Positions 11,973 through 23,359 of a DNA stretch of 64,000 bases are shown one piece after another. The DNA is taken from assembly GCA_028534125.1 (NCBI GenBank), contig CM052817.1:36520001-36584000 (forward strand), read 5' to 3'. Made by a program: the position numbers and the translations under genes. Numbering within the stretch: the first letter of the stretch is position 1; every line of letters begins with the position of its first letter. Below the pieces are notes generated by a model. That model saw only the letters and a program-made list of their open reading frames with translations, was not told the origin of the DNA and ran no database searches. This DNA is from Lama glama (lineage: Eukaryota).

Positions 11973-12445
11973 TTTGACTCTTTGTTAACGATTGCTAAGC
12001 CTTCAGTTGGCTTCTAAACCTAAAAGAAAATTTGGAGCAACTTTTCCATACCTTGGAACATAGAAATAGGTTATCATAAATTTTCATGGATTCATTGTAG
12101 AGAATTCTGAAGATTTCCTTATAAATCATCACAGGATGGAAAACAAAACAAGTTTGGGATAATATCAAAGGCCCTTCAATCATTTTCAAATGGCTAAGCT
12201 AAGTAGTGCTCTCTGTTAGTGCCTCTCAGAGCCCTGAGGAACGGTTAAAGCCAGGGGAAGAACAGGTGGCAAAATATTTGCCTGGGGACCACCTTCCCAA
12301 CCTCCGCACCTTGTTAATTTGGGTTGGCTTCCTCCCCACTTCCATGCTGCCGATTCTGATAAAAGTCTTCTTTAGCTAACAGACTTCACTGCTTTTTGAA
12401 GTAGAGGGTGAAGCTGGCTGTTTGAAACCTTTCTCGCTTCCCTGT
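11973..12445 (+). pseudogene. Decayed TIR domain B (multi-TIR relic)
   Basis: After one 1-nt slip, a single frame 11981-12439 with 6 stops reads FD(s)FVNDC*AFSWLLNLKENLEQ...LKISL*...VWDNI...S*VVLSVS...RLKPGEEQVAKYL...RTLLIWVGFLPTSMLPILIKVFFS*QTSLLFE...KPFSL. Confidence 0.75.
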
Positions 12446-12485
12446 TCCAGTGAGTTTAATATCTGCTCAAACAGGACTGGGGATT

Positions 12486-12800
12486 AAATTCCATCTACAT
12501 TCTTAGGGCTATAAGAAAGATAAAGGAGGTCCCCAAGAATTAATAGACATGCTACAACTCTTCACTTTGGCACAGAGCTTCCCTTATAAGAAATAAGCGA
12601 TCTTCACTGGTTCTTTGTCTTTTTAAAGACAAGCTGGGGATTTCACAGAAGTTCCTGGGAATGATTGGTTTATTCCTAGTTGTTTGAAAAAAAAAAATTC
12701 CAGGGTAGGATAATCTGCATTGTTAGATAGTGTACCTAAGTCACTAGGAGAGCTTTCATTTAAAACCTTCCTTCCCATAAGTTTTATCTAATTTACTAGC
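12486..12800 (+). pseudogene. Decayed TIR domain C, N-terminal part
   Basis: KFHLHS*GYKKDKGGPQELIDMLQ (12486-12557), LVLCLF (12607-12624), [23 protein letters not shown] (12636-12704), RIICIV (12707-12724), YLSH*ESFHL (12733-12762). Confidence 0.72.
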
Positions 12801-12954
12801 TTTGAACCAGAGGTTTTAAAACCTTGTTTCATAGAACCTGAGAGGTCCTCACACATTTTATTCTGACTTTTTGTTTGTGAGATTGGTGGATATCTTTGAT
12901 TTTAAAAATATGCAAAAAATACATGAATATATTCTTGTGAAGACTTGTGAATTG

Positions 12955-13510
12955 ATTAATACACTTTATCAAGTGCCTACTGGTATACCAGGCACAGTTA
13001 CAGGTGCTAAGGCTATATCAATGAAAAAAGCAAATAAAAATTCATGCCCTCATAGAGCTTATATTCTAGTAGAAAGAGAAAAACAGGCATAGTAAATAAG
13101 GAAATTGCATAATACGTTAGAAGGTGATAAGTGCTGTCAACAGAGGTAAGATGTGGCAGATCACGAATACTAGTAGGAGGAACTGCAATTTTAAGTTGGG
13201 AAGTCAGGTAGGCCTCACCGGAAAACTTGAAGGAAGTGAAAGAATGAGTCAAATAGATTAAAAAAAAAAATAGAGGAAGAACTTTCTAGGCAAAAGGAGC
13301 ATCTAGGGCACAGGCCGTGAGGTGGGTCAATGTGTGTCTGTTTGAGGTGTAACAAGGAGATAGGTCTGGCTGCATTACAGCTGGTAAGGGGAAAATGAGA
13401 CCAGAGAAGTAGATGGGGGGGGTATAGATTGTAAAGGTTTGGCTTTTACTCTGAGAGAAGCAGGAAAAGAGATTGGTATGTGCTGGGACATCTTTAAACA
13501 ACAGAGATGA
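12955..13510 (-). mobile_element. L2 LINE 3' end, inserted inside TIR domain C
   Basis: Reverse complement of the L2 terminus: ...tttatcaagtgcctactggtataccaggcacag...tgccctcatagagcttatattctagt... Confidence 0.8.
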
Positions 13511-13519
13511 ATATTTTTC

Positions 13520-13950
13520 ACAAAGTATCCCCACCTCCTAATCCCACGCTTCCTAGACATTGTTTTCCTTTTGGGTCATATCTTTCCAAAGATTTTCATA
13601 TGTGATTACATACATAGATGTGTACGTATGAAAATGTATAGTTTTGTTTTGTGAGGGTGTGTGTGTGTCTGTCTATGCATTTAAACATAAATGAACTTAA
13701 ATGCCCTGTGTTAATAAGCAACTTGCTTTTTATAATTAATATGTCTTGGAGATCTTTCATTGTCAAGACAGTACATATATTTCTATCTCATTCTTTTTAA
13801 CTATTGCATGATATTCCATTGTATCCATATGCTACATTTTATTTAACCATACGCTATTGGTAAATATTTAGGTTCTAATTTCGTTCATTCCTTCCTTCCT
13901 TCCTCCATCCCTCTCTCCCTTCCTTCCTTTTCTTTCCTTTTTTCCTTTCC
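13520..13950 (-). mobile_element. Old L1 3' fragment plus CT-rich simple repeat
   Basis: ttaatatgtcttggagatctttc...attccattgtat...catacgctattggtaaatatttaggtt is a typical antisense old L1 3' end; (TTCC)n run at about 13885-13950. Confidence 0.6.
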
Positions 13951-14029
13951 ACATTAAAGTACAATTGTCTTATTGCTTTTAGTAACATAAAATTACATGT
14001 CACATGAAACATGAAACATAGGAAGAGAT

Positions 14030-14259
14030 TTGAAAATTAAAATTTGTGTTACCTTCTGTCAAAAAAAGCAATATGTTTCCTAAATTGGATTCACTTGGAT
14101 TTGCCTCAGTGGAAAAGGGGCTTCAGTTACTTGTTAACCAAGGACTTATCTAATGTTTATTGTTCTGGGACAAATTGAATCCTGAGAGCTTGAGCCCAGT
14201 TACTCTGAGCTTTGCGAAGAGTTCACTAAATCCTTAGGCAAATTGACCATCTTTAGAAA
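14030..14259 (+). pseudogene. Decayed TIR domain C, C-terminal part and exon end
   Basis: KLKFVLPSVKKSNMFPKL (14034-14087), SYLLTKD (14125-14145), intact box3 LLFWDKL (14157-14177, same frame as KLKFVL), donor AAA|gtgagg at 14260. Confidence 0.7.
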
Positions 14260-16149
14260 GTGAGGATCCAGCATCCACAGTCCGCTCCTTCTGTGCTGGG
14301 CTCTCTCTTCTCCACCTACCTCAGCCCACACCAACACGGCATTCAGCCGGCTCTGTGCTTAGCTTGTGTGTGTCAGTCTTGTCCACCCAGCCTTGATGTC
14401 AGCCCCTGGAGGACAGGGACTGTGTCTTATATTCCTTTTCCTCCCCTAGGTGTCTAGCTGATCCCTAGAATCATGGATATTTATTTTTAATATATGTTTT
14501 AATTATCCTTAAAAGTATATTTACCGAACATATTTTATTTGGTTTAGAAGAAACTTTGGGATAAAATTTCAGCCATCTCTGTGGATATATCGGCACTTCT
14601 TTTAAGTATGGCATTTTGCACTCGTCTGTTTTTTAGCTCCAGCTCGTGTTTATATACAGACAACTGCACTGCTAGCATAGTACACACAGGCCTTGCTCGG
14701 TTAGATACCAGGCAGGACACGGATACCTCTGCTTTGCCCAGGCTTACGCCACAGCAAAATGGTCAACTGTACAGTAACTAGAAAATTATCACGTAGGATC
14801 ACAGTAGTATCATGTAAATAACTTCACACTTATTCATGATGAAGAATGAGATGAGATTTGAATCCTCGCTGGTACCCAGTGGGTGTCAATCAATGCTCGT
14901 TCCTCTCCTCTCCCTTCAAAAGGAAACAATTAGTCGTATGAATTTAAAAAGGAGAACACAGTTAAAGAAGTTCATATATATCCACAGAGATGGCAGACAT
15001 TTTATTTCAAGGTTTCTTCTAAACCTTTTTGCTAGCTGGAATGAAGAGTAATCTCACGCATACTTCAAATGTGTGAAGATTTGTTGTGTTGTATGATTAA
15101 AATGCAAATTTATTTAAAAGAGCTACCTGTTATCTTGTTATTATGTATTTTCTCTTCAGGAGACTTAAAGTACACCCACTACCATGAGGGAGGAGGAATC
15201 CCATCCAAATTAAAAAGTGATCTTCACATTAAAAAAAAATCCTGGGAGTTCTTTCTTAATGATTAGAGTTTCTGTTCGGGGTGACGAAAAATTTTTGGAA
15301 ATGGATACTGGTGATGGTTATGTAACATTGTGAATGTAATTAATGCCATTGAATCAGACACTTAAAAACGGCTTAAAAGGCAAATTTTATGTTATATGTA
15401 TTTTACCGCAATAAAAAAATGGTAAAAATAAATGGATGGAATTTCTTAACAGTGTCAAAATTTTTTAAACTTTCATTTCAATATATATTTATTGAATGCC
15501 TGATCTGTGCGTAGGTATGCACAGTAGAGAGGAAGAAATCAGGACAGTGGCTTGACTATAAAGAAGGCAGTTTCAGTCATCAGCGTTTCACGTGTCTCAT
15601 GATGTCACCATACCAGCTCTGTAAGGAAGGCATTGTTGTCACCACCACTTTATGTTGGGAGGCTTGGGTGAAAAACTTGTCAAGGCTGGTAAAGCGTGGA
15701 GCCAGAAGCTCTTAGTAAATGTCATGTTTTGTCACTTGACATCCTTCATGTTTTCAGAATATGAAATGGCTATTTAATACAGCCTTAACTTCCTGTTATA
15801 CTTCTGGTTTAGAAAGGAGAACATTTGAAGGATAGCATGTTCCAAATATAGCTCCTCTCCTCTTCCTGTCTCTAGTGGGCTTTTGCACTGAAACCTGACA
15901 CTGTCTGTGCTTGGTTTCTTTCACTTCCTTTCCAAATCTGTGTTATCTTCCTACTTGTACTTTTTTGCTAGAAGGCAGAGCTTGTGAAAGGAGACCCCTG
16001 TTACATCAGATTGAGCAAGACAGGAAGTTTACACAGAGCAAAACTATTTGCTAGAATTGGTTTTGATCCTTACGAAAGTTGCCGTTAGTGTCGGAGATGC
16101 TGCCATCAGGATTCTGTTGCACAAAGAGAAAGATATAGAAATCTCTCTC

Positions 16150-16587
16150 TCACACGTGAATTTCTTCCTTTTCCCATCCCCTTGCCAGGAACGCCGGAAA
16201 AGGATCCCAGGCTGATTGGAGGCATTAGGCTGTCAGTTTGAATCCCAGTGATTGAGAAGGAAATGTGGATATTAACCAGCTAATGGTGGAGGGAAAAGGA
16301 ACTCGAGGAAATAAACGCGAACTGGACCTTTCCCCAAGGCTCGCTTGTTCGGAAAGCCTCGGTCTTTCTGATAGTTGCAGGACCTGGCCTAGGGCTAAGT
16401 TTCCTCTCTGATACTTCTCTTGCACCTGGAGTGCTGGCCGGAAGGGAAGCTCCTGGACTTTAATAGACATGGATCTTGGTTGAAGTCTCTAGGACAAAGC
16501 CTACAGCTATCGAAATCTCCTTGTCACCACTGCCTCTCCACCAAGGTTTGGGCTGCTTTCTTTCCAACTTCACAGATCATAATTGAG
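16150..16587 (+). promoter_or_regulatory. Promoter-like region and non-coding exon (candidate upstream ABCG2 5' exon)
   Basis: E-box CACGTG (16153-16158), ETS-like CCGGAA (16194, 16438), inverted CCAAT CTGATTGG (16212), local CpG excess, strong donor GAG|gtgagt at 16588; also an acceptor at 16189. Confidence 0.5.
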
Positions 16588-16654
16588 GTGAGTTGTTTGT
16601 TTTTGTTATTTTCAAAGTGTTCATACTGAGTAGAAAATCTTGATTCTTTTCTGG

Positions 16655-16830
16655 TATGTGCTTTAACAAGTAACCCATACTCATACTTTAAATATGAATC
16701 GCCTGGAGATCTTGTTAAAAAGCAGCAGAATTCAGTAGGTCTGGAGTGGGCCTGAGATTCTGCATTGACACATTCCCAGGTGACCTCAGTGCTGCTGGTC
16801 CGTGAACCATGACTTGAGTAACAAGGGCTA
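16655..16830. mobile_element. MER5A-like hAT MITE
   Basis: gaatcgcctggagatcttgttaaaa...cagtaggtctggagtgggcctgagattctgcatt...cccaggtga. Confidence 0.75.
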
Positions 16831-17917
16831 AAACCCTCTAGGTTTTTGGCTTTGGCAGGGGAAGGGGTTGGGAGATGGTGGCAGAATGACAATATTTGGC
16901 TGAGCACATGATTTATGTAGAGCAGCCTGCGAGGAAAATTTGACACCATCTGTGCCCTGGTTGTACCTCTTTGATGGACTATCGCAAAATTTCGGGGCTT
17001 GTGTTAAGTAGTTCCTAGATGTGGTAAACCACATCACCCCAAATGAGAGGGGATGCTGGGCCACTCCTTGGATTGCATGGGCTTCTTTGAGCAGAGCCAG
17101 AAATATTTTTGTAATTTGGGGGATTCAGTGTCCATATCATGCCTCAGCTGGAGTAGCTAGTGGTCACTTGAACATTTCTGCTTCAACTGAAAATTATGCA
17201 TCTAGAAAAATAACTGATGTCTTCCTCCTACCATTTGGAGGTGAAGATTATAAGGCTTATGAATCTATGACATGATTTAAAGTCAGTTCGAGTAAAGAAC
17301 ATAATTAATACGTTTTATCTCCTTGTGAGAGGCCTCAGAGTGTTCCTCTTTAAGCTGAGTAGCTCCCTGTCCTAAATGATACTTGTTTATCTGAAAGTCA
17401 CTTTTAATCCAAAAGCGACAACCAAGAGAGAAAAGGGGAAAGAAGGGAGAGTGGGGACCAGGGAAGTCACAGCTTTGCACAATGAATGAAAGAAACCCCA
17501 CCCTGAAAGTAGAATTCTTTCCCCCACATTTGTCGGAGTTTTCTAGTGTAGTAGTTTGTGTCTTCCTCAGCTAGAGAAATATGCTCGAGACAGAATAGGT
17601 AAATTTAAAATTGTGTTGTTTTAATGAACATACTGAAACTATTTGGCATTAAGGACAATTAGTAGAATGAAAGGTCAGAGATGTGGACAGGCCCAGTATG
17701 AACCCATTATACCATCCCAGGCAGAGGTGAGTTGCTTCTGCTTAAAATAAGCTTTAAATAACATTCCTTGCTATTATGGAATATAACAGAGGTGTTACTT
17801 AAAAATTTAACAACCTATGTGGCACAAACATTGACCAATCAGAACAGAAGCTACTGTAGACAGCAAACCACTGACAAGCAGTAATAAGTGCACGGGGCTG
17901 AATATCAGCCTGTTTTC

Positions 17918-18690
17918 TTTTCTTTTTTTTTTGTTTTCTTTTTTTTTCTTTCTTTTTTTTATTGAGTTATAGGCAGTTTATAATGTTGTGTAAATTTCTG
18001 ATGTACAGCACAATTTTTCATACATGAATATACATATATTCATTTTCACATTCTTTTTCACTGTGAGCTATTACAAGATCTTGAATATATTTCCCTGTGC
18101 TATATAGTATAAACTTGTTTATCTATTCTGTATATACCAGTCAGCATCTACAAATCTCAAACTCCTAGTCTGTCCCTCCCCCCACTTCCCCCGGCAACCA
18201 CAAATCTGTATTCTATGTCTGTGTGTCTGTTTCTGTTTTATATTTAAGTTCGTTGTTCTTCTTCTTTTTTTTTTTTTGGATTTCACATATGAGTGATATC
18301 ATATGGTATTTTTCTTTCTCTTTCTGGCTTACTTCACTTAGAATGACATTCTCCAGGGGCATCCATGTTGCTGCAAATGGCATTTTGTTGTCATTTTTAT
18401 GGCTGAATACTATTCCATTGTATAAATATATCACAACTTCTTTATCCAGTCATCTATCAATGGACATTTAGGTTGTTTCCATGTCTTGGCTATTGTAAAT
18501 AGTGCTGCTATGAACATTGGAGTGCAGGTGTCTTTTTGAATTAGGGTTCCTTCTGGATATATACCTAGGAGTGGGATTACTGGGTCATATGGTAAGTGTA
18601 TTTTTAGTCTTTTGAGGAATCTCCATACTGTTTTCCGCAATGGCTGCACCAAACTGCATTCCCACCAACAGTGTAGGAGGGCTCCCTTCG
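17918..18690 (-). mobile_element. 5'-truncated lineage-specific L1 (ORF2 C-terminus + 3' UTR + polyA)
   Basis: Poly(T) at the left end; minus ORFs ...[14 protein letters not shown]...TCTPMFIAALFTIAKTWKQPKCP; TSD gcct(g/a)ttttc at 17908-17917 and 18691-18700. Confidence 0.92.
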
Positions 18691-19404
18691 GCCTATTTTC
18701 ATTCACTCTTCTGGGGGTAGAAATTGTAAGGCAGCAGATGCATTCAGAGACATGTAATCATATTGCTACCACCATTTGTCAGCTCTTTGGCCCCATTCTC
18801 TCAGATGAGGCCACTAACCTGTCTTTTCAAGCCTGGAGCCAACCCCGCATTCCAGCTGTGTACCTCCTGCAGTCTTTACTAGGGAAAGTAGCGTTCTCTT
18901 AAGTCACTGCAAAATCCTATCCATGTCTTGAGTAGAAGGGAGAATGCATATGTTCTTTTGTAAAGAGTTACAGCAGAAAATGAAACTTGATCACCAAGCT
19001 GTGCTTCCACGTAAAGCATCGTCACATATATCATTCTGCCTGATTTTAAACAACCACCTCGGTAACAGGTCAAGGGGATTGTTATTTTAACCTGTCAGTG
19101 AAGAAATGGAGGCTCTGGTTAAGCAACTGGCGATGAGTCATGCAGCTGGTTAGTGGGTGTGCTAGGTTTGATCTTACCTGTCGGCTCCAAGTTCAGGTTT
19201 ATCCTGTACTTTTCTTCATCCTCTCAAGGCCCATGACAAAATACATTGTTCCATACTAGGGTTTGTTTTCTTTTTATGTCATAATCTGAAACCTTTGTGC
19301 ATTACAAAAAATCCTATTTCTACTTTTTTTGTCAAAATTATTCACGTGTTTGTCATACGCTTTGTATCCATTAAAGCTTTTACTCGTTAGGAATACAGGT
19401 TTTA

Positions 19405-19565
19405 GAGTAGTGCTTCTCAAACTCTATTGTGACTAAAAATCACCTGAGGCGCTTGCAAAAATTCAGATTCCTGGGCCCAACTCCAGACACCTAATTCAGT
19501 AGGTCAGGGCCCAGGCCTGAGAATTTGCATGCTACCATCCAGAGACCATGCTTTTAGACTATAGG
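19405..19565. mobile_element. MER5A-like MITE
   Basis: agtagtgcttctcaaact...aatcacctg...cagattcctgggccc...cagtaggtc...ctgagaatttgcat. Confidence 0.75.
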
Positions 19566-19599
19566 CACAGCTTCAGTCAGTATTTTTAAATAACATATT

Positions 19600-19850
19600 T
19601 ATGGTTTAGTGAGGAGGCTTTGTGTGCTTAGTAACACAGGTTATAGAGTCAGAATTCCTGGGTTTGAATATTGATACCGGCACACATATAAGCTGTGTGA
19701 TCTTGAGGATGTTAACCCATCCAGGCCTCAGTTTCCTAATCTGTAAAATGGGGACAGTGATACCACTTACCTCATATGATGGTTGCAAGGATTAAATGAC
19801 TTAACAGTGCCAGGCACAGATTGTCTCTATATGTGTTTGCTCTTGTTATT
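19600..19850 (+). mobile_element. MIR SINE
   Basis: MIR core ctgtgtgatcttg...gcctcagtttcctaatctgtaaaatgggga. Confidence 0.85.
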
Positions 19851-20714
19851 ACTAAGTCTTGCTCAATTCATAATTGTTCTTATAATAGAAACACTAACAG
19901 AAAGAATTCACACAGATAGCAAATAATCTTCTTTGATGTAGATGTTACCCCAGGGCTTAATCATGAGTTAAACATGTTGTTTTGTGTGTATAAGTCGATG
20001 TCCTGGGCTGTCAGCTAACATTTCCCACCAAGGGGAGAGAGAGCAGATGATGCTGAGAAGTTGGCAAGGGCCTGATCACGGAGGGCTTTACATAGCAGCT
20101 TAAAAGCTTGGACTTAACTCTGACAGTGATGAAAGCCTTCAACATAGTTTGAAGCTGGAGAGTGCAATCAGAATTGCATTTTAGAAATATCTCCCACTGC
20201 ACTGTGGAGGCCAAGTTTGGAAGAAGGTGAGACTAGGGGCAGAGAGCTGTTTGAATAGACTGTTGCAATCATCCTGGAGAGAATTAATAAAGTCAAACTA
20301 CTTCTCAGACTAAGTAAGGCAGTTGAGTAAAAGCTCAGAGCAGGAATCCCATGGCTCAGGCGATGGAATGGAGCATACGCCATGACGCAGAAAGGAAACG
20401 TGATACTGTATTAAAACTCCTTAGCTTATTCTTTTTCTCCCCATCGAAGCTCCAGGAGGCTGAGCTGTGTAACTCCTGTGTAACTCCAGCCCCTAACTCC
20501 TTGTAGGTCTTTGATGGATGTCTGGTGAGTGAATGGGTGAGGGAGAATAAATCGAATCCTCCTTGTGGTCTGCAAGTGTCTGTGTGATCTGGTCCCTGTC
20601 TCTCCAGCTTCATCTCCCTTCTCTCTCATCTGTTCTTACCACACTGGCCTTACTGAAGACCTTTGAAAATGCCCAGCTGTGACCTCTATCTAGTCCAAGG
20701 AATGTCAAAGTACT

Positions 20715-20922
20715 GCTCTTGGAGCAAATTTGTCTTGCCACCTATTTTTATAGATAAAGTTTTATTAGAACACAACCACACCCATTTGATTAAGTATTTT
20801 CTTTGGTTACTTTAGTGCTCCAGTAGCAGAGTAGAGTAATTGTGATGAGACCACAGGTCTTTGAAGCCCCAACTAGTTACTGTCTGGCTTTTTACAGAAA
20901 ATGTTTGCTGATTCCCTGCTCT
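20715..20922. mobile_element. MER58A-like DNA transposon
   Basis: aaagttttattagaacacaaccacacccattt...ctgtctggctttttacagaaaatgtttgctgattccctg. Confidence 0.75.
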
Positions 20923-20964
20923 AGTTCTGTGGAATTGTTGTGACCTCTGCTGTAAAACTCTACC

Positions 20965-22360
20965 CTCAACAAAGCTACAGTAATCAGAACCGTGGTATTG
21001 GCATAAAGAAAGGCATACACACAGACCAATGGAATAGAATAGAGAGCCCAGAAATAAACTCTCACATGTATGGTCAAATGATTTTCTGCAAGGGCACCAA
21101 GACCATTCAGTAGGGAAAAGATAGTTTTTTCAATAATGGTACTGGGAAAACTGGATATCCACATACAAAAGAATTAAGTTAGACCCTTATCTTACACCAT
21201 ATACAAAAATTAAGTTAAAATGGATCAAAGACCTAAACATAAGAACTAAAAATGTGAAAACATGGAGGAAAAGCTCATGACATTGAATCAGTCATTTATT
21301 GAATATGAATCCAAAAGCATAGGCAACAAAAGAAAAACTAGATAAATTGGACTTCGTTAAAATTAAAATTTTATGCCTCGAAAGACATTATTACGAGATT
21401 AAAAAGACAACCTACAGGATAGTAGAAACTATTTGCATATCATTTACATGATAAGGGGTTAATATATAGAATATATAAAGAAGTCTTGCAGCTCAACAAC
21501 AGCAAAAGCCAAGCAACCCAATTTAAAAAGGGCAAAGGACTTGAGTAGACATTTTTCTATAGAAGACATACAAATGGCCAATAAGCACATTTGGAAAGAT
21601 GTTCAACATCACTAATCATTAGAGAAATGTAAGTCAAAATCTGAGCTATTACTTCATTACTGAGATATTACTTCGTTCCCACTAAGATGGCCCTAATTAA
21701 AAAAAAAAAAAAAGGAACATAACATGTGTTGGCATAGATGTGGAGAAACTGGAACCTTCGTGCTTTGCTAGTAGGAAAGTAAAATGGTGTAGCTGCTATG
21801 GAAAAGAGTTTGGCAGTTCCTCAAAAAATTAAACCCAGAGTTCCCATATGATTCAGCAATTCCACTTCTGGGTATATACCAAAAGAATTGAAGGCGGGCA
21901 CTCAGATATATGTACACCAGTATTCATAGCAGCATTATTCACAACAGCCAAAAGGCAGAAGCAAACCAAGTGTCCACAACAGAGGAATACCAGAGTGTGG
22001 TACATGCATACAACAGAACAGTATTCTGCCTTAAAAGTTCTGACACATGCTACGAAATGGATGAACCTTGATGAGATTATGTTAAGTGAACTATGCCAGT
22101 CATCAAAGGACAAATACTGTATGATTCCACTTGTATGAGGTACCTACAGTAGTCAAGTTCATAGAAACAGAAAGTAGAATGGTGGTTGCCACCAGGGGAG
22201 GAGGGGGGTGAGGAGTTATTCTTTAATGGGGATAGAGCTTCAGTTTGGGAAAATGAAAAACGTTCTGGAGTTGGGTTGGTGCTCATGATTGCAAAAAAAT
22301 GTGAATGTACTTAATGTCACAAAACTCTACTCCTAAAAATAGTAAGTTTTATGGTATCTT
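20965..22360 (+). mobile_element. Old L1 (L1M-type) ORF2 3' part + 3' UTR
   Basis: aaagctacagtaatcagaaccgtggtattggcata...; ORF 21848 reads ICTPVFIAALFTTAKRQKQTKCP. Confidence 0.9.
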
Positions 22361-22792
22361 TATCTACATAAGAGACTAGCTGGCAAGCTCTTTCTGTGAA
22401 AGGCTAGATAAGAAATATTTTAGGCTGTGGGCAGCTACTCCACTCTGGCATCACAGCATGAAAGCAGCCTTGGAGAGCAGGTAAAAGATGGGTGAAACAC
22501 GAAGAGGAAAAAGGGAACTGTTGAAGTCCTGGGAATTGGGAGACTGAGAAGGAAGTTCATGTGGAAAGTCAGTGAAGGGAAGTATTTTACACAAATATGT
22601 TTGATTGATTTTATCTTAATTCCTGTCACTCCATCATCATAGCTAATACTCTAGACGTTAAATTTTCAGTTTGACTTTGACTTTGGAACATTGTACATTT
22701 CAAACTCCCACAGAATACATTTACTAATACAACCTCCGGGTGGAGCCTTTTCTTTTTTATCTCACTAAGGTGTTCTCATTAGTTTATTCAAC

Positions 22793-23000
22793 TATTAGGG
22801 AGTGAAAAAATTTCCCTCTACTGTTCTTCTGGCTGGTCTAAGAATTAAACTGACATGAGACAGATCAACAGGAGAAAAACCAAATTCAGTTATGTACATA
22901 TAGGGCCTCCATAAGAATATGAGGCCCAAGGACAAGTTAGGCAATCGAGGTTTATACACTGTCTGAGAGAAGGAGAAAGGGTAGGGGCTGGGGACCTCAA
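22793..23000 (-). mobile_element. ERV1 LTR fragment
   Basis: Similar to the LTR ends at 47090 and about 63770 (aaaaatttccctcta...aattaaactgacatgagacagatcaacaggagaaaaa). Confidence 0.55.
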
Positions 23001-23359
23001 ATATACCTACTGTATTTCAGACACTGTCTTAGGCACTGAGGATAGAATAGTGAATGAAATAAAATCCTACCCTTGTAAAGTTCACTGTCTAGTGGGAGAA
23101 GATAGATGATAAACAATAACTAAATCTGTATGGTGTAGTATGTTAGAGGGTGAGAGGAGCTAGAAACAAAAGCATGGTAAGGGAAAGGGTCATCAGGAAG
23201 GTAAAGGGAGATTTTGCAATTTTAAATAGAGCAGAGGAAAGCACTTAGGTAGAGGAAACGGGGGCAGGAGTATGTCTAGCATGTTAGATAAGCACGTAGG
23301 AGGCCAGTGTGCACAGAGACACTGTTCCTCTCCATGGTCCCCACACCTGTCCATTCTGG

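Noticed and set aside
12860..12955. DFLFVRLVDIFDFKNMQKIHEYILVKTCEL as the betaD-betaE part of TIR C
   Set aside because: It follows a hAT-like terminus (ccagaggttttaaaacc, about 12808), and a better C-terminal half with LFWDKL exists at 14034-14177. Left uncalled; it shows the risk of manual over-matching.
14540..14580. KKLWDKISA as another TIR box3
   Set aside because: Isolated motif with no upstream TIR elements.
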